Below the pieces are notes generated by a model that worked only from the letters and a program-made list of their open reading frames with translations, made no database searches and was not told the DNA's origin. From an uncultured virus (IMG/VR IMGVR_UViG_2772190671_000001) (taxonomy: Duplodnaviria; Heunggongvirae; Uroviricota; Caudoviricetes), in IMG/VR virus record IMGVR_UViG_2772190671_000001: a DNA stretch of 64,000 nt; one strand, written 5' to 3'. A program made the translations under genes and the position numbers. Each line of letters starts with the position of its first letter. The stretch's first letter is position 1. Shown in pieces: positions 1 to 7,871 of the stretch.

Positions 1-243
1 GTGCCAGCCCGCCGCAACGACAGACCCGACTGGGTCAACGACCGATGCGTAACCCTCGGTCACCGCATCGCCGACCTGAGACGACAGGCTGAACTGTCAC
101 AGGAGGAGCTCGCCCACCTGGCCGGCCTGGAACGCCGCAGCATCCAGCGCTACGAAAACGCCCGGCGTGATCCGCGGTACTCCGACTTGCTCCTGATCGC
201 CCACGCGTTGCGGGTGCACGTCACCGACCTCCTGAGTAGCTAG
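1..243 (+). CDS. XRE-family HTH transcriptional regulator
   Basis: LRRQAELSQEELAHLAGLERRSIQRYENARRDP is a typical HTH_3 pattern. Confidence 0.9.
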   Translation: MPARRNDRPDWVNDRCVTLGHRIADLRRQAELSQEELAHLAGLERRSIQRYENARRDPRYSDLLLIAHALRVHVTDLLSS

Positions 244-486
244 GGGTCGGTACCGCTGTGGGGGGTTGGGTCGCGGTACCGAATCGAAAGTCAACATCAC
301 GTGTGCCCCGGTAGGAACCACGCCCGATGCATATATGCGTGGAGACCCTGTGTACTCCATATGGATTTGTAACCGCTTGCTGACCCTCTGGCCTGGGGTT
401 AGGGCAGCTTATCCAGACTTCCTGTAACCGCAGGTAGAGCATTGGCCAAACGTTTCTTCGGGTAACCCGCTGAGCGGGTCCTGTGC

Positions 487-663
487 TTAGGCTGGCCCGA
501 TCACGCGCACTCGCCCGCGGTGGCAGGGGTGTGTGCAGCGGATGAGCGGGACGGCCGGGCCGGCGCCGCTCTTCAAGCTGATGTTGCCGGTGCAGTAGCG
601 GCACTCCCCGAGCCTGCAGGCGTCCGCGACATCGTTGCGGGGGTCGGCCGGCGGCGGCTTCAC
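487..663 (-). CDS. Small Cys-rich hypothetical protein
   Basis: GTG start overlapping upstream stop (GTGA); CRLGECRYC and CTHPCH motifs. Confidence 0.45.
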   Translation of the reverse strand: MKPPPADPRNDVADACRLGECRYCTGNISLKSGAGPAVPLIRCTHPCHRGRVRVIGPA

Positions 664-920
664 AGGACACCGCGCAGGCCGCTGGAGGATTCGGCGGGGC
701 ACACGTACACGCCACCCAAGCCGGCGCCAGTCGGTGAGAGGCGTTCCCCGATGCGTAAGGGGTCGTGGTCGCGGTTGCCGCATGGGCAGGCCGGTTCTGG
801 CGGGGTGGTCTGGCGGTTGGGCGGGGGATCCGTAGGCTCGTCCACGTCGACGCTCCAGTTCGTCGGCTCGCCCCTGGGTCGCGTGGGCCGCGGCCTGGGG
901 GCTTCATCATGCAATTGCAC
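660..920 (-). CDS. Hypothetical protein, divergent from GntR gene
   Basis: ORF track; coupled to 487..663; CPC and VYVCP motifs. Confidence 0.45.
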   Translation of the reverse strand: MQLHDEAPRPRPTRPRGEPTNWSVDVDEPTDPPPNRQTTPPEPACPCGNRDHDPLRIGERLSPTGAGLGGVYVCPAESSSGLRGVL

Positions 921-926
921 GGTATA

Positions 927-970
927 CCGCAGTAGACCGCACTGTACTGCGGTCGCGCGGTGTACTGCGG
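927..970. promoter_or_regulatory. Putative GntR operator array
   Basis: TGTACTGCGG at 943-952 and 961-970 plus inverted CCGCAGTA at 927-934, between divergent genes. Confidence 0.55.
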
Positions 971-988
971 CTATCTAGCGTCAACCGT

Positions 989-1228
989 GTGAGCGTTGAT
1001 CTTGACCGGACGAGGCCGATCTGGCGGCAGGTAGCTGCGATCGTGCAGGCCCGCATCGCCGACGGCACCTACCCGCCTGGCAGCAAGGTTCCCTCGGTCG
1101 TGGAACTTTCGACCGAGTTCGGTGTGGCAGCATCCACCGCCCAGAAAGTCCTCGGGCACCTCAAGGCGGAGGGCCTGGTGCGGACCGAGGTCGGGCTCGG
1201 AAGCTTCGTCGAGCCGCCCGCTTCATAG
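989..1228 (+). CDS. Stand-alone GntR-family wHTH regulator
   Basis: PIWRQVAAIVQARIADGTYPPGSKVPSVVELSTEFGVAASTAQKVL...GLGSFV. Confidence 0.9.
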   Translation: MSVDLDRTRPIWRQVAAIVQARIADGTYPPGSKVPSVVELSTEFGVAASTAQKVLGHLKAEGLVRTEVGLGSFVEPPAS

Positions 1229-1261
1229 CCTGCTGACGGTGCCCGCCGATAGACTCGGATC

Positions 1262-1453
1262 ATGTCCCCCTCTCCCCCGCCGGATGGCTGTGAGCTGTCT
1301 GCTGCGGAGCTGAATGAGCGGATCCGTGCGCTCTGGATTGATGGGCGCGGGCATCCTGCGGTGGGGCTGACGGACGTGCAGCGGGCGGAGTATCAGCGGC
1401 TGCTGGCCGCGCTCCGGGCTGTCGAGCGCGGGGACGTCGTCGAAGCGGCGTAA
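1262..1453 (+). CDS. Hypothetical protein
   Basis: ORF after GntR gene ending before a hairpin terminator. Confidence 0.55.
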   Translation: MSPSPPPDGCELSAAELNERIRALWIDGRGHPAVGLTDVQRAEYQRLLAALRAVERGDVVEAA

Positions 1454-1462
1454 CCTGACACG

Positions 1463-1500
1463 GCGACGCCCCGCCTGCTTTCCTCAGGCGGGGCGTCGTC
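1463..1500. terminator. Bidirectional hairpin terminator
   Basis: GACGCCCCGCCTG...CAGGCGGGGCGTC between convergent genes. Confidence 0.7.
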
Positions 1501-1506
1501 TCAGGA

Positions 1507-2415
1507 TCAGTCGCCCTGCGCGCCAATCCACTCGACGCCGGACACGACGCCAGTCTGCGCAGTGGAGACGAACGAAGGCGCCCAGCCGCTCTTAACGAAG
1601 CTCAGGGCGGATTCATAGCTCGGACGGTCAGAGTCCGCCTTGACCGCTCCCCATGTGTATGCCGGGGACGACATCCAGTCGGCCAGCTCCTCGGCGGCGG
1701 CAAAGACTGGACTGATCGGCGACCCCTCGGAGACGGTCTCCCACAGCTGCCAACCGTCACCCTTCGGTGGCTCGGTCGGCTCCCACGCTTCGGCCTCGGC
1801 TCGCTGCCCTTCGTACTTCTCCAGGCTGGCGTAGCCCTTGCAGGTCGGGCAGGTGTCGTCGATGCCTTCGCGCTCACAGCGGGCACGGATGACGACGCTG
1901 GCGTTGATGCCGTCATGAGCAAGACCGGCGAGTGACCACTCGTTGACCTGTGCTGCGGTCGGTACGACGGGCGGCTCCTTGGGCTGCCAGCCATTCTCGC
2001 GGGTCCATGTATGCGTGAAGTCGTGGAGCCGTTCGCCAGCGACGAGCGCGTCAACGTCCTCCTGGGCGAGGTGATGCGACCAGGAGCCGTTGAACAGGTC
2101 GGCCAGACGGCGGGCCTCACGGACGATGGCGGGCTCGCCGCTTCCGTAGTACTCCGGGGCGTTGGCGATGTTCTGCTCGGCGCGTGTCCGGATCGCCGGA
2201 GTGTCCGGACCCCACGGCGTGGAGCCGGTGGTGGCCAGGTCGAAGGGGATCTTTCCGTACCAGAGGTCGTACAGGTTCTGAGCGCGCGGCGAGTAGCCGT
2301 TTGCACAGTCGGGGCACTTCTCTTCGTCGAACCGGTCGGGCGACAGGAAGCCGTCCCAGATCTTGTTGAACGGCCAGTCGAAGTCGAGGGGAACTCGGCG
2401 GACTTCTCGTCCCAT
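1507..2415 (-). CDS. Phage hypothetical protein with two CxxCxG motifs
   Basis: Start MGREVRRVPLDFDWP with RBS; CPDCANG and CPTCKG; WQLWETVSEGSPISPVF. Confidence 0.75.
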   Translation of the reverse strand: MGREVRRVPLDFDWPFNKIWDGFLSPDRFDEEKCPDCANGYSPRAQNLYDLWYGKIPFDLATTGSTPWGPDTPAIRTRAEQNIANAPEYYGSGEPAIVREARRLADLFNGSWSHHLAQEDVDALVAGERLHDFTHTWTRENGWQPKEPPVVPTAAQVNEWSLAGLAHDGINASVVIRARCEREGIDDTCPTCKGYASLEKYEGQRAEAEAWEPTEPPKGDGWQLWETVSEGSPISPVFAAAEELADWMSSPAYTWGAVKADSDRPSYESALSFVKSGWAPSFVSTAQTGVVSGVEWIGAQGD

Positions 2416-2416
2416 G

Positions 2417-2596
2417 TCAGCTCTCTCCGTTGATGATCCGGTCGATGGTAGTGCGGGCGATGCCGGACAGAACGTGGATCCGGTTTTTACTGAGCCCGGC
2501 GGCGCGGGCCCGGCGCACCATGTCGTCGCGCCCTTCCAGGGTCGCCCGGAAGTCGGCCAGCTCCTTCTCGGAGGCGGCTTGTTCATCGCTCATCAT
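2417..2596 (-). CDS. Small HTH DNA-binding protein
   Basis: RDDMVRRARAAGLSKNRIHVLSGIARTTIDRII; TTGACC-N17-TAGCGT promoter just upstream. Confidence 0.75.
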   Translation of the reverse strand: MMSDEQAASEKELADFRATLEGRDDMVRRARAAGLSKNRIHVLSGIARTTIDRIINGES

Positions 2597-2603
2597 GCAT
2601 CGA

Positions 2604-2632
2604 ACGCTACATGTAGCACACGCTACGGTCAA
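2604..2632 (-). promoter_or_regulatory. Sigma70-type promoter overlapped by palindrome GCTACATGTAGC
   Basis: -35 TTGACC (2632-2627), -10 TAGCGT (2609-2604), palindrome 2606-2617. Confidence 0.6.
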
Positions 2633-2674
2633 GGGGCGTGGGGAGCGGCGGGCGACGCCACGTAGGATCCCCCG

Positions 2675-2881
2675 GTGGCTGACATCGCTTTCCCCGAGGA
2701 TCTGATTGCGCTGGAGACGACCGCCTGGGAGGAAATCCAGGCCGGGCGGCTGACCGTGGAGACCGCGACCGCCGTGCAGACGCGACTCACGGAGTTCGCG
2801 GCCGAAGCCGGAGTCGACCGGTACACCGCCGAGATGGGGCTCAAGCGGGCCGTCCGGCACCCGGAGCCTGCCGAGGGCTGA
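2675..2881 (+). CDS. Hypothetical protein
   Basis: ORF with protein-like composition followed by a hairpin. Confidence 0.65.
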   Translation: MADIAFPEDLIALETTAWEEIQAGRLTVETATAVQTRLTEFAAEAGVDRYTAEMGLKRAVRHPEPAEG

Positions 2882-3209
2882 CAGCAGCGCACCCCGCCCG
2901 GGGTTCTACGTCGGACGGGGTGCAGCAAACCCGACTTGGTTGTGTCGGATAGTCAGACCAGCTTAGGCGTCACCACTGACAACGCCCGGATGCTCCGTCA
3001 GGGTGACAGCCGCAAGCCCTCCCGTGGGGAGGACCGGGAGGGGCGGCGGGCCCCGCCGTCCCAAGGGCGGCAGGGCCCAGCAGGAGCATCCACCCGGGGG
3101 AAGGGGAGCGCCTGGACGCACAGCATGCGCCACAAACAAGCCACCGGGGAAGATCCCGGCCGGAAGTAGTTCGCCGGGCGATGTCAGTGTCGCCCGCAAT
3201 GATGACCGC

Positions 3210-3395
3210 ATGACGATCACCATGCAGAACTACGGGCTCACCTGGACCGACCCGGACGGGATACCGCGGGCCTCCGCCGTCGCCTACGACAAGCCCAGCG
3301 CGGAACGACAGAAGGAGAAGCTCGAGGCCGGCAGGTGCACCAGCGTGGAGGTCGTCGAGACCAAGCCCGGGACACTCCCCGTCCCGAAGGCCTGA
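3210..3395 (+). CDS. Hypothetical protein
   Basis: MTITMQNYGLTWTDPDG..., followed by hairpin at about 3403-3433. Confidence 0.6.
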   Translation: MTITMQNYGLTWTDPDGIPRASAVAYDKPSAERQKEKLEAGRCTSVEVVETKPGTLPVPKA

Positions 3396-3446
3396 TCGCG
3401 AAAGCGCCCGCCCCCTCCACGAGGGCGGGCGCTCAACGCGTACCGG

Positions 3447-3614
3447 TCAGGCGCGCTGCCGGCGGTCGATCAGCACAACGGCCAGCGTGACCGCGGCAAG
3501 CGCAGCCCACGCCGCCCACAGCCAGCTGGGCGAGCCAGCCGCGACGGTCGCAGCGATGACCGCGACGAGGCTGGCCAGCGTGCAGACCAGGAGTGCCTTG
3601 ACGGGGGTCGGCAT
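3447..3614 (-). CDS. Small two-helix membrane protein
   Basis: RBS GGAGGAAG; MPTPVKALLVCTLASLVAVIAATV...WLWAAWAALAAVTLAVVLIDRRQRA. Confidence 0.65.
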   Translation of the reverse strand: MPTPVKALLVCTLASLVAVIAATVAAGSPSWLWAAWAALAAVTLAVVLIDRRQRA

Positions 3615-3704
3615 TCTTCCTCCTTCCGTTGCATCGCGGGGGGCGACGGTGGGATTGTGGGGGCCGGGACCCGGAGTTGATAAGCGCATCTCCGGGTCCC
3701 TTCT

Positions 3705-3830
3705 TCACTCCTTGCGGTGGCGGCCCCGGCGCTTAGGCTTCCGGATTGCCTTGACGGCGGCCACTGCGGCTACCGCGTTCACCGCGAGGGTCGCGATTGC
3801 GACCGCCAGAGTGATGTCCCCACTATTCAT
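3705..3830 (-). CDS. 41-aa hydrophobic peptide with basic tail (not in ORF track)
   Basis: MNSGDITLAVAIATLAVNAVAAVAAVKAIRKPKRRGRHRKE; G-rich RBS; TTGACA-N18-TAAGGT upstream. Confidence 0.6.
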   Translation of the reverse strand: MNSGDITLAVAIATLAVNAVAAVAAVKAIRKPKRRGRHRKE

Positions 3831-3934
3831 TTGTCACCCCCCTTCTTGCTGGGGTACCCCCACCTTATAGGGGGGCCTTGAATTCTGTCAAGACCCCCCT
3901 TGAAATCAAGTCTTCGCAGCCCTACCCTGGGAAC

Positions 3935-4228
3935 ATGACCGACACCCTCGCCCGCATCGAGCAACACCTAGCCGCGGCAGCAGCCGCCATCCAGGGGGAA
4001 CTAGCCGCGATCACCGACCCCGCCGCGCGCCAGGACGTCGCCCGCGAAACACTCGAAACCCTCCTCCCCAAACTCGGCCACGACGTCAAGATGGCACGGG
4101 CGGCAGCCGTCGCCGAACTCAAGCAAGGCCGCACCCTCGCCCAAGTTGGACAGCTGCTAGGCGGCCTCTCCATCGCCCGCGTCGACCAAATCCTCAAGGC
4201 TGGCGGCATCACCGCGAAGACGAAGTAA
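3935..4228 (+). CDS. Small protein with C-terminal HTH
   Basis: GRTLAQVGQLLGGLSIARVDQILK; TTGAAA-N17-TACCCT promoter suggests a leaderless start. Confidence 0.7.
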   Translation: MTDTLARIEQHLAAAAAAIQGELAAITDPAARQDVARETLETLLPKLGHDVKMARAAAVAELKQGRTLAQVGQLLGGLSIARVDQILKAGGITAKTK

Positions 4229-4292
4229 TGCAGAACGCCCGCCTCGACGGGGGATGCGAGGCGGGCTGCTGCCAGTGTGGCACGAGGCCGGT

Positions 4293-4526
4293 TCAGCGGC
4301 GGCGCTTCCCCAGCGATGGAGCGCCCCCGGGCACCGTGCGCACGCCTTGCTTGGAGACGCCCCTCGCCTTCGCCTGCGCCGGACCCGCTGCGGCCGTGGC
4401 CACCGCCTTGGCGTCTGCGTCCAGTGTTGCGGCTTGCGCCTCCAGCTCTTCGTCACTGGGCGAGCCGCAGCTGGGCTGCAGGAATACTTGCTCCGGGATC
4501 GACGGCCTCACGGGCTTGTCCGTCAC
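4293..4526 (-). CDS. Hypothetical protein
   Basis: GTG start overlapping the recombinase stop. Confidence 0.5.
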   Translation of the reverse strand: MTDKPVRPSIPEQVFLQPSCGSPSDEELEAQAATLDADAKAVATAAAGPAQAKARGVSKQGVRTVPGGAPSLGKRRR

Positions 4527-5551
4527 GGCGTCTCCTTCTCCAGCCGCTCGCCGAGTCTGGCGGCGAGGGCGTAGGCGGGGTGGTTGTCGAGCTGTCGTCG
4601 TCGCCGGTTGTACCGCTGTGTGGTGCGCGGGTCGGAGTGCGACACGGCGTCCTGGACGTCCTGCAGGGGGACGCCGTTGGCGAGGTTGTCGGTGATGAAC
4701 TGGTGTCGCAGCGTGTGGGGCTTGATGGTGGCGGCTTGCGGGATGCCTGCGCGGCGGGCGAGGACGCGGAGGTGCTTCCACACTTCGGGCTGGGTCCAGC
4801 GGCGGCCGGTCTCGGTGGTGAACAGGGGGCCGTCGGTGCGGTCGCCGAGGTAGGCGAGGAGAGCGTCGAGGGCGAGCGGCGGTACGGGCGCGGGTCGCTT
4901 CTTGCCGCCTTTCTGGGTGAGGGGCAGGGTGCGGTGTCCTCGGTCGTAGCCGAGCTGGTCGGCGTTGAGGGAGAGGAGTTCGTCGACGCGGGCGCCGGTG
5001 AGGTAGAGGAGCATGACGAGGGCGTAGGAGCGGGGCGCCCAGTCGCGTGCGGTCTCGATGAGCCGCATCGTCTCCTGCTCGGTCATCCCCTCCGTCGGCG
5101 AGTAGTCGGGGTCGACGTAGGGCCGGTTGACGGCGGCGAACGGGTCGCTGTCGACGGCTTGGAGGCGGGCCGCGTAGGTGTAGAAGGAACCGGCGGCGGC
5201 CAGGGCTTGGGCCTGAGTGGTCTCGGCGGGCGGCTTGCCGTTGCGGGTGGGGGTCTTGGCGAGGTGTTTGGCGTAGGCGTCGGCGAGCGGCAGCTTCGCT
5301 TGGAGCGGGTGGATGCCGGTGGAGCGGGCGTACTCCTCCCACGCCTTGAAGGTGCGGACGTAGGCGCGCCTCGTGTGGCGGGACTTCTGGCGGGCGATCC
5401 ATCCTCCGGCGATGGTGGGGAGCGGGTCGCGGTCGCCGTAGATGGCGGTGAGGTGGTCGGCGAGTTGGCGGGCTTCGTCGGGCCAGTCGTCGCGGGGGTC
5501 GTGCCGGTCGGTCGACAGCTCCGCCGACGGGCGCGGGACGACGGCGGTCAC
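4523..5551 (-). CDS. XerC/XerD-like tyrosine recombinase
   Basis: LYLTGARVDEL (R), QKGGK (K), PHTLRH (HxxR), VSHSDPRTTQRY (H, Y); SAM-like N-domain, no arm-binding domain. Confidence 0.92.
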   Translation of the reverse strand: MTAVVPRPSAELSTDRHDPRDDWPDEARQLADHLTAIYGDRDPLPTIAGGWIARQKSRHTRRAYVRTFKAWEEYARSTGIHPLQAKLPLADAYAKHLAKTPTRNGKPPAETTQAQALAAAGSFYTYAARLQAVDSDPFAAVNRPYVDPDYSPTEGMTEQETMRLIETARDWAPRSYALVMLLYLTGARVDELLSLNADQLGYDRGHRTLPLTQKGGKKRPAPVPPLALDALLAYLGDRTDGPLFTTETGRRWTQPEVWKHLRVLARRAGIPQAATIKPHTLRHQFITDNLANGVPLQDVQDAVSHSDPRTTQRYNRRRRQLDNHPAYALAARLGERLEKETP

Positions 5552-5937
5552 GGCCGCCACTCCTCGCGGTAGCCGGGCCGGTCCGCGTAGGGCAGCGAGA
5601 GCACTTGAAGCGTCTCATGCAGGACGTCACGCCTGTGGATGGCGGTCGCCCGGTCCATCTCCGGCATGAACGTGTCCTTACCCTCGGCCTTCAGCCTCTC
5701 GCATAGGGAGGCGAGTTCCTCCATTCGCTCAACCGCTTTGATATACGTCGCGATCACCCGCCGCTTGGCGTCGATCTCGCGCAGCACCCGCGCCGCTACG
5801 ACTGGTGGAAGCCCGGCCACCGTGCTCTTGTCCCAGCCGTCGTAGTCGGGAGGGGGCTCGGCCTTCAGATAGCCGCGCCGCGCCTCCCCTTCATCCGTGT
5901 CCAGCTGTTCGCCCAACCACCGCGCCAGCTCACCCAT
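5548..5937 (-). CDS. DUF6221-like protein
   Basis: ARVLREIDAKRRVI...LSLPYADRPGYREEWRP signature; RBS GGAGG. Confidence 0.75.
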   Translation of the reverse strand: MGELARWLGEQLDTDEGEARRGYLKAEPPPDYDGWDKSTVAGLPPVVAARVLREIDAKRRVIATYIKAVERMEELASLCERLKAEGKDTFMPEMDRATAIHRRDVLHETLQVLSLPYADRPGYREEWRP

Positions 5938-5951
5938 CCCGTTCCTCCCAA

Positions 5952-5979
5952 GTATTGGATAACTGTCATTATCAACCAC
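5952..5979. other. dif/lox-like tyrosine recombinase site (11-6-11)
   Basis: GTATTGGATAA-CTGTCA-TTATCAACCAC: ATAA-N6-TTAT core, arms 8/11 inverted-identical, AT-rich, upstream of the recombinase operon. Confidence 0.7.
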
Positions 5980-6121
5980 AGAGTTGGGTGATCGCCAGGG
6001 TCGCCGGCGCGGCGTCGAGGTGCTTCTCGGCTGCCTCTTCCATGGCGGCCAGGACGGCGAGCGTCGCAGCGTCGTAGGCGGCAGGGGTGGCGTCCGGCTG
6101 ACGCGGGATGAGGTCGGTCAC
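5972..6121 (-). pseudogene. Short ORF, possible truncated N-terminus of another recombinase
   Basis: VTDLIPRQPDATPAAYDAATLAVLAAMEEAAEKHLDA resembles (from memory) N-termini of Streptomyces phage recombinases; ORF stops inside the dif-like site. Confidence 0.35.
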
Positions 6122-6233
6122 GGGTTCTCCGATCGGGTACGGTACGGGCGATGCCCCGGCTGCTTTCCTCAGCCGGGGCATCGCTCATCCGGGTCAACGC
6201 TGCACGGCAGTCGTCCCTTGCCGGGGCGATGGC

Positions 6234-6473
6234 TCAGCAAGACCGTCGCGTCTTGAGTTCTTCCTCGGTGAGCGCGCTGTGGCTGAGGCAGAACGCGTCG
6301 CCGTTCTTTACGTCGCGGAACCGATAGATCATCGGGTTGCGCCGCGCTTCGCGCTCGGTGAAGAGGGCGTCCCTGTCTGAGGTCGGGGTCGCGTCTATCA
6401 CCTGACAGGTGAGGTCGAAGCGGCCGAGGGTGACGATTTCGCCCTCTCGGAGCCACTCGTTCGGGGTGCTCAT
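6234..6473 (-). CDS. Hypothetical protein
   Basis: ATG overlapping upstream stop. Confidence 0.6.
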   Translation of the reverse strand: MSTPNEWLREGEIVTLGRFDLTCQVIDATPTSDRDALFTEREARRNPMIYRFRDVKNGDAFCLSHSALTEEELKTRRSC

Positions 6474-6652
6474 CGCACGCACCACCAGGTGTAGCGCGGG
6501 CCGTTGGGTCGCTGGTTGAGCATCTCGACGCTGGCCTCTGCGGTCTTGAACTCCGTATGGGTTCCGTGCCAGCGGCCGGTCTTGACGTTGAAGACCTCGA
6601 AGGTCCCCTGAATGTTCATGCTGTTGATCGGCCTTACGTGATTCGCGGCCAT
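6470..6652 (-). CDS. Hypothetical protein
   Basis: RBS GGAGGG; MAANHVRPINSMNIQGTFEVFNV. Confidence 0.6.
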   Translation of the reverse strand: MAANHVRPINSMNIQGTFEVFNVKTGRWHGTHTEFKTAEASVEMLNQRPNGPRYTWWCVR

Positions 6653-6772
6653 TTCACCCTCCCCGGTCAATACCTGTTTCTGTTTAACAAGAATGACGCA
6701 TACGGATCCCCTCGTCAAGCCATCACGCCAGATGGATGCTAGATTCTGTTAAACACTTACCGAGGGGGAGAG

Positions 6773-7000
6773 ATGGGTCGACCCGCCACAGGCAAAACCA
6801 AGGTCATGGGCTTCCGTCCACCTAAGCCGCTGCGCGACGAGTTCGAGTGGCTCGCCGGGATCGAAGACCGAACACCATCCGACGCGCTCATCGAAGCGAT
6901 GCACGACTGGGTGAAGAAGAAGCGGCGCGAGCGAGCGACGGAAGGCGATCCACTGGAGTCACTCCCCCCTGACGGAGAGTCGGACAATCACCCCAAATAA
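6773..7000 (+). CDS. Ribbon-helix-helix DNA-binding protein
   Basis: MGRPATGKTKVMGFRPPKPLRDEFEWLAGIEDRTPSDALIEAMHDWV; strong RBS. Confidence 0.75.
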   Translation: MGRPATGKTKVMGFRPPKPLRDEFEWLAGIEDRTPSDALIEAMHDWVKKKRRERATEGDPLESLPPDGESDNHPK

Positions 7001-7060
7001 TGCCCGCGATATGGCATGTTATCGAGAGCTGAGCACGCCAACTCCGCACCCGGACACAGC

Positions 7061-7096
7061 AGAACGCCCCCACCGCCGAAGCGGTGGGGGCGTCTG
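7061..7096. terminator. Hairpin terminator at end of late/lysis operon
   Basis: ACGCCCCCACCGC-CGAA-GCGGTGGGGGCGT. Confidence 0.75.
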
Positions 7097-7205
7097 TCAC
7101 GCGGGCTCATCGTCGGGCGGCCAGTCGGGTTCGCGGAACGGCCAGCGCGACAGGTACATCGGCGTGCCGGGGTCGTCGTCGGGGATGTGGGGCATGGCGC
7201 CTCCC

Positions 7206-7502
7206 CTACTTGGTGTCGGGCTTCTTCTTCGTCTTCACCCAGCGGGCCACGGCTTCGACGGTGGTGGTGTCGAGTCGGGCGAGAGCCTGCACGGCAGCTT
7301 GGTCTTCTGCCGTGGTGGTGATGCCCGCATCGAGCAGGGCCGCTTTCAGGGTGGCCGCGTCGGCATCGTCCCCCGGCGGCCCGGGCGCCGGCGCGGTAGG
7401 GGCGGGCACAGGCGGCGGTTCCTCGCGGCCGAGGCGCACGAGGCTGCCCACATCGGCCGCCGTGTCGTCGCGGCGCGGCGACAGGGGGATCGGGTCGGGC
7501 AT
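7206..7502 (-). CDS. Hypothetical protein
   Basis: ORF with RBS downstream of lysis genes. Confidence 0.6.
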   Translation of the reverse strand: MPDPIPLSPRRDDTAADVGSLVRLGREEPPPVPAPTAPAPGPPGDDADAATLKAALLDAGITTTAEDQAAVQALARLDTTTVEAVARWVKTKKKPDTK

Positions 7503-7517
7503 GCCGAACTCCAGTTC

Positions 7518-7871
7518 TCACACGTCCATGTGGTGGATGTAGTGGCGGGCCCGCTCCGACATCGGCTCGGCGGCCGGGGGTTCGAGGCCGGCCTTCTTGA
7601 TGTGCGACACCAGCGAGCGCACACGGTGCAGGAGCCAGCCGATCGCCTCGTCCTGGTCGCCGATGCGTTCCCGCTGCTTCTCCGCCTCGGTCTCCTGCCG
7701 CTGGACGCGCCTCTCCAGCCGCTCGATCGCCGCGCCTTGTTGGGTGGAGATGGCGAGGAAGTCGTCCCGCTTCTCCTGCCGCTTCGTCCTTCGCGCCGAC
7801 CGTGCTGAGACGACGCCGCCGATCGCGGCGACCAGTGCCATGCCGCCCTGGATCCAGGTGTCCAACGCCAT
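7518..7871 (-). CDS. Membrane-anchored coiled-coil protein (lysis cassette)
   Basis: N-terminal TM helix followed by coiled coil. Confidence 0.75.
   Translation of the reverse strand: MALDTWIQGGMALVAAIGGVVSARSARRTKRQEKRDDFLAISTQQGAAIERLERRVQRQETEAEKQRERIGDQDEAIGWLLHRVRSLVSHIKKAGLEPPAAEPMSERARHYIHHMDV

Noticed and set aside
5952..5979. Prophage att site or host chromosomal dif
   Set aside because: Phage-type accessory genes continue on both sides, and the arms are near-symmetric, fitting a single phage-encoded recombinase
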